This document shows, piece after piece, positions 8,907 to 16,122 of a stretch of DNA of 64,000 nt. The position numbers were made by a program, and so were the translations under genes. This stretch comes from a virus, in IMG/VR virus record IMGVR_UViG_3300025137_000025, positions 14,587 through 78,586 of that record. One strand, given 5' to 3'. The notes beneath the pieces are model-generated. The model saw only the letters and a program-made list of their open reading frames with translations, made no database searches and was not told where the DNA came from. Numbering within the stretch: position 1 is the stretch's first letter; every line of letters starts with the position of its first letter.

Positions 8907-10871
8907 TTAGTTATAATTTCGATCGAACCATTCGTTTTGAGACATATCGTTAATGCTTTCAACGACCTCTTTATTATATAGCTCTCTAGTGTGATACATT
9001 CCTACCATAAAAGCCATGACTCGGTCAAAATTACCTTTGTGGTTAAATTTAATCAATTCTTGTAGTAATCCAACATCATAAACGTCATGTAAATTTAATC
9101 TTACATTGCCGTCTTCATCTTTGCTTCGTGGTGATATTAACCAGTCTCTTATATAAAGCTCCCCTTGTCGCTTACGTTGCTCTGTCATATGCATACCATA
9201 CTGACGTTTAACGTTCTTTGATCGTAGCTCTCGTTTGTCCAACATTTCAAACTCTTCTTGCAACTTATGCAATTTGCGATATCGTTTGGCATATGCAATA
9301 AGCTCACCTCTATCGTTCTCAAACCCAATCTTAGCATTGTAGTAGTCTGCTAGCATGAACAGGTTTCTATTGTACTCGTCTTGTGTTTGAGGTCTTCCTA
9401 CGTAGCTAGCCACAATTATATCGTCCGGCTTGGATAGATTGTTGGGACGTTTAATTACATAGGCTGCTCCCAAGGATTGGTTGGTTGTACTCTTACTCTG
9501 TGCATAAGGGTCATGGCAGATAACGTAAAGATTGTGAGGTGTGTTTCCTTCCTTGGTTTTGAATGGGTTTTGATACACCACTATTCCTCCTGTTAAATCA
9601 TCGTCTTTTCTGTGCGGGAACTTATTGATTGGTTTTACAGTAGGATCAGGTCTGAAAGACACTTGTTCTCCTTTATAGTACAATAACCCTGCAGTCCCTT
9701 CCTTTTCCAGGTTATGTGCTTTTACTCTATTGTACTGTTCTTTCAACGAGGTAACATCAAAGATGTTTATTGTAGTTTGAAGTGTAGCTTCTTGTGGTGT
9801 AAACGGGTGCTCAGCTATGTACTGGTCTAAAGCTTTTGCGTCGTTTGCTTTCTTCTTATTGGTGCGGGCCTCTTCTTCAAACTCTTTAGCGTCTGCTATC
9901 ATTGAGTTCCCATAGTCGTCCATAAAGCCGTCTAGGTTTTGGTATATAGGAACAAAGTACCCACACGATGTACCCATAGCTCCCGCGTCCCACTCATTCT
10001 CAAATGATAAGCAGTTGTATGCTTCTGGGTGGTAGAATAGTTCTTCTAATGAAGCAAATCCGTGTCCTTCTTCCCCGCCTGTGCCAAACGCTATCATAGT
10101 CCCAAGTGTTTTAGAACCTTGTTTCATTGTAGGCATAGCAATCTCCCATGCGGTTAGAAGTCCCGAGAACGATCCCGCTTCTTCAAAGAATATGAGCTCA
10201 CCCGCTTTACCCCGCACCTTATGAGGATTATCTTTAAGAGATACCCCAATTATCTGTGATTTCATGCCAAGAGCTACGTCTGTCCCGTTAACTCTCTTTT
10301 TATACCCAGATTGCTTGTGCATTTCTTTATCGGTCAGACGAGGCTGTGTCCATGCAGTGTTATCATCTATAAATGATATAAAATCCCAGGTCTTAGACAA
10401 GAGTCCGTCACCTGTTAGGTATTCTTTCTGTTCTGCAAATACAAAGTTCTTAGAGTTACGTAGAAAGAAGTAGTTACGTGCTAGCATACTCCCAGCTTTG
10501 TAGGAAAACCCCTTACGTCTGGCTTTAAGTACAGACATATGTTTGTTTTCTTTCCTACATGTGTCTACTGCATGGTAATATTTGTAGTCTCCGTCGTAGA
10601 ATGCTGGAAATGTACGTTCTCTGCGTGCTTGTACTGTCCCATCTGGGAGAACTTCGTCTACTGCGCGGTCAATTGGGCAGTAATTAAGGTAAAAGTAGTG
10701 GTAGCCTGTAATTCTGATGCCACTTACTTCAAATCCATACATGCATCTGTTTCGTTCTGTGTCCCAAAACTCATAATACTCTTTTGTTCCGTTTAATGCG
10801 TCTGTATAATAGCCCGATCTAATATACGTTCTAGCTGCAGGAGAGAAGTTGTGTGTGTTTTGGAATATCAC
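8907..10871 (-). CDS. terL: terminase large subunit
   Basis: Walker A-like 'KARRKGFS', 'RGK..ELIFFEEAG', 'FGTGG', nuclease 'HDPY' and 'NFDRVMA'; GTG start overlapping the upstream stop. Confidence 0.93.
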   Translation of the reverse strand: MIFQNTHNFSPAARTYIRSGYYTDALNGTKEYYEFWDTERNRCMYGFEVSGIRITGYHYFYLNYCPIDRAVDEVLPDGTVQARRERTFPAFYDGDYKYYHAVDTCRKENKHMSVLKARRKGFSYKAGSMLARNYFFLRNSKNFVFAEQKEYLTGDGLLSKTWDFISFIDDNTAWTQPRLTDKEMHKQSGYKKRVNGTDVALGMKSQIIGVSLKDNPHKVRGKAGELIFFEEAGSFSGLLTAWEIAMPTMKQGSKTLGTMIAFGTGGEEGHGFASLEELFYHPEAYNCLSFENEWDAGAMGTSCGYFVPIYQNLDGFMDDYGNSMIADAKEFEEEARTNKKKANDAKALDQYIAEHPFTPQEATLQTTINIFDVTSLKEQYNRVKAHNLEKEGTAGLLYYKGEQVSFRPDPTVKPINKFPHRKDDDLTGGIVVYQNPFKTKEGNTPHNLYVICHDPYAQSKSTTNQSLGAAYVIKRPNNLSKPDDIIVASYVGRPQTQDEYNRNLFMLADYYNAKIGFENDRGELIAYAKRYRKLHKLQEEFEMLDKRELRSKNVKRQYGMHMTEQRKRQGELYIRDWLISPRSKDEDGNVRLNLHDVYDVGLLQELIKFNHKGNFDRVMAFMVGMYHTRELYNKEVVESINDMSQNEWFDRNYN

Positions 10872-11365
10872 TGCGAATACTTGTTAGTTACTACCCCTCC
10901 TCTATTAGGATTGTCTTTCTGCTGTTGTTTTTTTACCAGGTCTTCTAACTCATCTAAACTTTGCACCACTTTTGCCATGTTAGACAGATTGGATATTAGG
11001 TCTTTGGCGTGAAATATAGGTTTGCCGTTGTCATCTGCTAGGGTCAAGTCCACATCTCTAAAATATGCCTCTAGTTTAGTTACCGATTCTCTTGCAGCTT
11101 TTAACAGCTTCACTGCGGAAGTTTCTGATAGCTCTTTGTACTTCTCTATTGCTGCTTTAATTTTTGGTGTAGACTTAACTTTTAGTAAGTCCATGATATG
11201 GTTCCACCTGTCTTCCTCCTCGTATACTCCGTACGGAGACCTGTGGTCCACAAAGAAATAAACAGCAGACAGCTCTTCAATCTTAAGTGATTTAAACTCA
11301 GATACAGTAAGTACGTACGGTGCTGGTATAACCGTATTTCCGTCAGCTGTTATTAGGTTCTTCAT
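10868..11365 (-). CDS. conserved protein upstream of TerL (candidate terminase small subunit)
   Basis: 165 aa, helical, ends 'RGG...'; translationally coupled to terL; call is positional. Confidence 0.5.
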   Translation of the reverse strand: MKNLITADGNTVIPAPYVLTVSEFKSLKIEELSAVYFFVDHRSPYGVYEEEDRWNHIMDLLKVKSTPKIKAAIEKYKELSETSAVKLLKAARESVTKLEAYFRDVDLTLADDNGKPIFHAKDLISNLSNMAKVVQSLDELEDLVKKQQQKDNPNRGGVVTNKYSQ

Positions 11366-11552
11366 TTAAATATTTTAATCTTCCTTTTCTAACATGAAAC
11401 TTCCCTAAGAAAGGGAGCCGGACTGCCTCAAAATTTCCTGCACGCATTACATCTGCTACGTATTTAAACTGATAGTACACAGCTTCTTCTACTTTGTGCA
11501 GAGGTAGATTGTGCTCACTGGCTAGCTTCTGAATTATTATTTTTTCCTTCAT
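11343..11552 (-). CDS. HU/IHF-like histone-like DNA-binding protein
   Basis: 'IIQKLA...VRLPFLGKFHVRK' matches the HU/IHF 'V.L..FG.F' signature. Confidence 0.65.
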   Translation of the reverse strand: MKEKIIIQKLASEHNLPLHKVEEAVYYQFKYVADVMRAGNFEAVRLPFLGKFHVRKGRLKYLNEEPNNS

Positions 11553-11778
11553 CCTCCCATCTATTATCCGGGCAGTTAGACGTTGCCCATTTTGCTTTTT
11601 CTTCTATTACGCATCCACATATCCCACACCTATATTCTTCTAGATGAGGACAACTTGCACACGTACATAGCCTAGCTTCATACTCAGCATCTGATACATG
11701 TGGAGCTCCTGCTCTAGCATATCGTATAATTTCATCTTTGAAGTTTAGCAGCATTTGCCTTATTGATAGCTTACTCAT
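11515..11778 (-). CDS. Cys-rich Zn-binding protein (DUF6171-like)
   Basis: 'RL.TC..C.....C.ICGC....KA......CP...W' pattern. Confidence 0.65.
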   Translation of the reverse strand: MSKLSIRQMLLNFKDEIIRYARAGAPHVSDAEYEARLCTCASCPHLEEYRCGICGCVIEEKAKWATSNCPDNRWEDEGKNNNSEASQ

Positions 11779-12091
11779 TTGTATAAAATATTTGCAGGTT
11801 AATGTTTTTCTGAGGTATTAGTATCTGAGACAGTTTGTAGCCATCTTTTGTTTTTCTAATAGCACCCTTGTCTTTTAACTTCTTTACGTAGTTATTTAGC
11901 GTATTGTAATCTTTAATAGCTAAACTGTCTGCTACAACTCTTTTGTTTTCTGTAGAGCACAGGTTTACTGTGTCTGACAGGTCTATAAACTTAGATAGCA
12001 CTAATAGCTCCTTGTCTGTAAGCTCTAGTATGCCGTTAAATACCTGTAGATACTTGAGTGTAGAATTTACTTCTATCTTAAGTGTTTTCAT
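11771..12091 (-). CDS. winged-helix DNA-binding protein
   Basis: 'LTDKELLVL...VADSL....TLNNYVKKLKDKGAI...Y.L' wHTH pattern. Confidence 0.55.
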   Translation of the reverse strand: MKTLKIEVNSTLKYLQVFNGILELTDKELLVLSKFIDLSDTVNLCSTENKRVVADSLAIKDYNTLNNYVKKLKDKGAIRKTKDGYKLSQILIPQKNINLQIFYTNE

Positions 12092-12323
12092 TGATTTGCA
12101 CTTTGGCTTTCCCGTCTACAATGCGTATTGTAGCCTGAGAAGACTGATTGTTAAACTCATCCACGTATATCTGGATATTTTCCCGTGTACACAGAAAGGA
12201 CAAAAAAACCTCGATCTCCTTAGCGGCTCGTTTTAGTTTTTTTTGCATATCCTGTGAGTCTTTGCTTGAGCTTCGTAGCTCATCAAAGTCTTTTAGCGGG
12301 AGAGTGACTGTCCCGTTCATCAA
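12078..12323 (-). CDS. hypothetical protein
   Basis: 81-aa ORF tightly packed in the operon. Confidence 0.6.
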   Translation of the reverse strand: MMNGTVTLPLKDFDELRSSSKDSQDMQKKLKRAAKEIEVFLSFLCTRENIQIYVDEFNNQSSQATIRIVDGKAKVQINENT

Positions 12324-12611
12324 TTACGCGTTCTTTGGGATAACGCCTACAATCTGAAATTCATTAACACATGCATACTCTTTCTTGTCGAGATTTATGA
12401 TAAGAGCTCCTGACTCTGGATGCACAAGAACTGTGTCTCCTTGTTTAACCATCACACAGTCTGGACCTGCTTCCAGGATCTCTACAATGTTAGTGCTTAT
12501 GTTTTTTTGCGCATCGCCTAACAAGTGAATACCGGAGTCGGTTGTTTCTTGTCTAGGACTTCTAAATACTACCCAGTCTCGAGTAGGATTAAAATTCAAT
12601 TTGGTTCCCAT
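12324..12611 (-). CDS. groES: GroES-like co-chaperonin
   Basis: 95 aa; 'F.PTRDWVV...TTDSGIHL...EILEAGPD...VKQGDTVL...E.QIVG' Cpn10 pattern. Confidence 0.8.
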   Translation of the reverse strand: MGTKLNFNPTRDWVVFRSPRQETTDSGIHLLGDAQKNISTNIVEILEAGPDCVMVKQGDTVLVHPESGALIINLDKKEYACVNEFQIVGVIPKNA

Positions 12612-12628
12612 AATAGTTTGCTTTGCAG

Positions 12629-12636
12629 CAAATATA
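12629..12636 (-). promoter_or_regulatory. Bacteroidota-type -7 promoter box (groES operon)
   Basis: TATATTTG upstream of ATG 12611. Confidence 0.6.
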
Positions 12637-12644
12637 AAGGAAAC

Positions 12645-13115
12645 TTATATAGTGTCAAAGTCTATATAAGAAATTTCTACTTTTTCCCCCTTTTCAAGCA
12701 CCTCTGCTACTTCTGCGTACACTCTTCTGTATGCTGTAGTAGAACTTCCTACAAACCCGTCGGATTTTATGTTTTCTGTTTGTGTGTTACCCAAGAGTAG
12801 ACACCCACTAGTATCATCATCATCATTACCGCAATGGATAAGAATATACTCAAACCCAGGTATATCACGAACCCACAACATCCCTTTATGAATATCAGCA
12901 AACCTTTCAGAGTATTTAGAATTAAAACCCCCAACAGTTCTAAGCGTAATTTCATATGTCCCAGCAGGGATACGCGTTTCGTGCATGACTTTCGTATCTC
13001 TGTATTCATCCTCTAATGTGTAGCATAAAAATTCTCTTTTTTTGTCTGTAACATTAAATAACAGACCAAGAGTACTGTCTTTCTGCGAGCTAAACCTTAC
13101 AACCTCTAGCTGCAT
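12645..13115 (-). CDS. DUF5675-family putative endolysin (L,D-peptidase-like)
   Basis: 'TLE...RIPAGTY...ILIHCGN...DTSGCLLLG' His/Cys motif; start may be 13148 or 13115. Confidence 0.7.
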   Translation of the reverse strand: MQLEVVRFSSQKDSTLGLLFNVTDKKREFLCYTLEDEYRDTKVMHETRIPAGTYEITLRTVGGFNSKYSERFADIHKGMLWVRDIPGFEYILIHCGNDDDDTSGCLLLGNTQTENIKSDGFVGSSTTAYRRVYAEVAEVLEKGEKVEISYIDFDTI

Positions 13116-13156
13116 AGTTTTACGGTTAATTGGGTACCTTAAATTCATAGTAGTCA

Positions 13157-13164
13157 CAAATATA
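13157..13164 (-). promoter_or_regulatory. Bacteroidota-type -7 promoter box (endolysin)
   Basis: TATATTTG in the short divergent gap. Confidence 0.55.
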
Positions 13165-13180
13165 GTTATATATTAGCTGT

Positions 13181-14419
13181 GTGAAAAAATTATTTCTTCT
13201 CGTATTGCTCGCCCAAGTCATACTTGTGGGATACGCTAATATAGCTATAAAAACCATTGTATTCCCTGGGTGCACTGACCCCTTTGCACTTAATTACAAT
13301 GAGGATGCTACTGAAGATGATGGCACCTGCGTCTATTCTATAGGCCCAGATCCAGTCATACTTAATATAACTGTTACGGATGAAAGCTGCCAAGAGTACG
13401 AGACAGGAGTCCTGTCTTCTTACGTATACGAGGCTACTATAGTAAACATAGGAAATGAAGCAGTTACAAACTTTTGCCTTAGCGACTTTTTAGGTACTAC
13501 GTTTAATTGTTTTAACGGGGTTTCTAATCTTGCTGTTTGGATTCAACCGGGGGATACTATAATTGTAACGGGCAACATTAATAGTATCGGCACATGGGCA
13601 GCAGGGCAAGGAAACTACATGAGCGTAACGAGTGTTCCTGGTGAGATTATTACAGGTAATAATAACTTTGTTTTTTACATGCCTGAGGGAGTGGATTGCA
13701 TAGAGCCTCCTGATCCCGAGTATTGCGATACTTTACTGGTTTACGTGACTGAGATAGATACGCTTATTGAGTATGTAGAACTTCCTGCTGATACAGTGAC
13801 TGTGCTGCAGTTAGACACGTTGTACATCCCTTGGGAGTATTACTTCTACGATACCGTCTATGTAGATGTCTTTGATACTATTTACATTAACATTTTAGAC
13901 ACAGTTATTGTTACAGAGATTGATATTGAGTACGTTTATGTAACAGACACATTAGAAGTCTTTACAACAGACACATTGTATATCACGCAAGTAGATACTC
14001 TAATGCAAGAAGTCGTTGTGTACGAATACATCTACAACACAGATACCATCTATGATGTAGTATATAATGAGATATTAGTAGACTGCAGTACTGGTCTCCC
14101 TTGTATGGGTGGGTTTGTTGGGGAAGACTGCCGATCCGTATTTGTCCCTAACGCGTTTTCTCCTAACAATGATGGTATTAATGACACCTTCTATGCAGTA
14201 TCTCAATCTTACACATGTTGGAGAGACTGGAATTTAGTTGTTTATAACCGTTGGGGAAATATAATATGGAGTACTACTGACCCCGAAGTGCAGTGGGAAG
14301 GAGAAACTGAAGCCGGTACTCATTATGCCGCAGATGGGATGTACGTATGGACTTTGATTGCAAGAGGGTATTCCGGAGATGTTTTAGACCTCAGTGGGAA
14401 CGTTACACTCTTTCGTTAA
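13181..14419 (+). CDS. secreted protein with type-B T9SS C-terminal domain (gliding-motility-associated/CHU_C-like), GCTD repeat, Ig/CARDB-like domain and DT-repeat stalk
   Basis: N-terminal signal peptide; C-terminal 'FVPNAFSPNNDGINDTF...VYNRWGN...W.G...G.YVW...G.VTLFR'; 11 D-T-[LIV] motifs in the stalk. Confidence 0.85.
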   Translation: MKKLFLLVLLAQVILVGYANIAIKTIVFPGCTDPFALNYNEDATEDDGTCVYSIGPDPVILNITVTDESCQEYETGVLSSYVYEATIVNIGNEAVTNFCLSDFLGTTFNCFNGVSNLAVWIQPGDTIIVTGNINSIGTWAAGQGNYMSVTSVPGEIITGNNNFVFYMPEGVDCIEPPDPEYCDTLLVYVTEIDTLIEYVELPADTVTVLQLDTLYIPWEYYFYDTVYVDVFDTIYINILDTVIVTEIDIEYVYVTDTLEVFTTDTLYITQVDTLMQEVVVYEYIYNTDTIYDVVYNEILVDCSTGLPCMGGFVGEDCRSVFVPNAFSPNNDGINDTFYAVSQSYTCWRDWNLVVYNRWGNIIWSTTDPEVQWEGETEAGTHYAADGMYVWTLIARGYSGDVLDLSGNVTLFR

Positions 14420-14787
14420 AAGTCGCTTAGTATAATTTCGTCGATTGCATCTTGCACATCTGTTTCTGTGGCTTCCATTGTCATCATAATGTTAGCCTGA
14501 AATCGTGTTATTTCTTCTCCCTCGTTAAATACTACGATAGTGGGAACAACTACAATTTTGTGTCTTTGCTGCATATCCGGAGAAGATGCAATATCTACTC
14601 TCCCAGTTTCACAATCATTTAATTGTTCTATCCAAGGAACAGCGTTCTGCTGATTGAAGTTGGCGTTGAATTCTACTACGCACACTCCAGACGTGCAGAT
14701 TTTAGCTTCTTCTACAGGCGGCGTACTTACGTAAACAGCTGTTGAAAATAAAAGCAGGGATAATATAACAGAGATTAAGGTTTTCAT
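14416..14787 (-). CDS. exported thioredoxin-fold protein lacking CxxC
   Basis: Signal/TM N-terminus; 'VVEFNANFNQQN' where Trx has 'VDF.A.WC..C'; 'I..VPTIVVFNEGEEI.R' cis-Pro region retained. Confidence 0.7.
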   Translation of the reverse strand: MKTLISVILSLLLFSTAVYVSTPPVEEAKICTSGVCVVEFNANFNQQNAVPWIEQLNDCETGRVDIASSPDMQQRHKIVVVPTIVVFNEGEEITRFQANIMMTMEATETDVQDAIDEIILSDF

Positions 14788-14794
14788 TTCTCAT

Positions 14795-15079
14795 TTATTT
14801 AAGTTGATCTATTTTCTCCTCAATCCGTTTGATGTCTTCTTTTATTTCTGTGACATCTTCTTGTGTAGTCATAATAGTTTGACGAACTAATTTGTCTTTC
14901 ATGTCAAACTCCATGCGTGTGATTTCAGGAGCTAGTGGCTCTGGGAGTTTTTTTGCTTCTTCTATATCTGCTTGCAGTACAAACCACATGCTTATGAGCG
15001 CCCCCAAACCCGTAACCGCTAACCCAATTGTTTTAAGATCTAAAGTAATCTTTGTGCTCTCATTAATATGCTGTGCCAT
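14795..15079 (-). CDS. single-TM coiled-coil membrane protein
   Basis: Start MAQHIN at 15079 (TAATG overlap with barrel stop); hydrophobic 'IGLAVTGLGALISMWFVL'; C-terminal heptads 'VTEIKEDIKRIEEKIDQL'. Confidence 0.7.
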   Translation of the reverse strand: MAQHINESTKITLDLKTIGLAVTGLGALISMWFVLQADIEEAKKLPEPLAPEITRMEFDMKDKLVRQTIMTTQEDVTEIKEDIKRIEEKIDQLK

Positions 15080-16122
15080 TATAGTAATATGTAGTTTAAA
15101 CCGATAGAGAAGTCGTGCCACTCTCTGTTCCAGTATCTATTGTACCTGCCCTCTGCAAATACTCCTAAGCTTTTGGTTACTTTAGAACCAAAGACTATTC
15201 CAGCACCAGTGTCTATCCACTGGCCCCCGTTTACAAAGTTATGGTACGAAAATTTGTTTCCGTTGTTTAAGTGATAGGGCATAATGTTGCCCCAAGAGTG
15301 TATCCAAAAATCTTTTGTGTAATGATAAAAATCAAACCCAATTACAGCGGAATGCATCCATATACTTTGAAGCTCCGCACGTCTGTCTGCTACGTAGGTA
15401 TCTAGCACTTCTGGTATTACTACTTGTTCCCAGATTGCAGGATCGTTTGCTACGAGGCCCCCGTTTTGATCAAAAAATTCTCCTGTATTAACATCTATAC
15501 TGTACCCTTCTTGTATTGCGAGGGCGGTATAATGTAGTTGGTTATTTGGGAGAACCCACTGCTGCAAAGGGTCGTACCCGTAAGGTTCTGATATTCTTTG
15601 TACGATGCCGAGGTTTAAGGAAAACTTCTTCCCAATCTTAAGTCGTGCTCGTTGTGACGACTCAAAGTATTTTACGTCAGCAAACCCATCTTGTAGATAC
15701 TCTGCTTTTACTAACCACCAATTGTCTACGTATCTAACAAAGTAGTCTTGGTCTAAAAAGTTCCGCCCCTGCTGCCTCCTCCAGTCCGCTTCCGCCAGGA
15801 ACTCGAACCCGTCATATTTTCCAACGGTAGCAGCGTCACCATAAGTTTTTTCTGTTCCGTTGTAAAATACGTTGGCTCTGTTTTCATACCCAAACCTAGC
15901 AATCTTTCTAACTCCCAGAGTAAATGAATAGTCAAACGGAGTTTTAATTACACTTGTTTGTAGCGCTCCTGTAGCAACAGAGTATACTTCTTGATCGGAA
16001 ACGGAGTTTCCGCCGTTTACTGCAGCGTAGAAAGTAGCACGTCTAAGAACCTTCTTGTAGAAGTCACTTTGTCCCCAGCTAATTGTGGGGGCCAATAATA
16101 ATAGTGCTATAATGTATCTCAT
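15079..16122 (-). CDS. outer-membrane beta-barrel protein
   Basis: Signal peptide 'MRYIIALLLLAPTISWG-Q'; alternating aromatic amphipathic strands; C-terminal beta-signal-like 'HDFSIGLNYILL'. Confidence 0.75.
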   Translation of the reverse strand: MRYIIALLLLAPTISWGQSDFYKKVLRRATFYAAVNGGNSVSDQEVYSVATGALQTSVIKTPFDYSFTLGVRKIARFGYENRANVFYNGTEKTYGDAATVGKYDGFEFLAEADWRRQQGRNFLDQDYFVRYVDNWWLVKAEYLQDGFADVKYFESSQRARLKIGKKFSLNLGIVQRISEPYGYDPLQQWVLPNNQLHYTALAIQEGYSIDVNTGEFFDQNGGLVANDPAIWEQVVIPEVLDTYVADRRAELQSIWMHSAVIGFDFYHYTKDFWIHSWGNIMPYHLNNGNKFSYHNFVNGGQWIDTGAGIVFGSKVTKSLGVFAEGRYNRYWNREWHDFSIGLNYILL

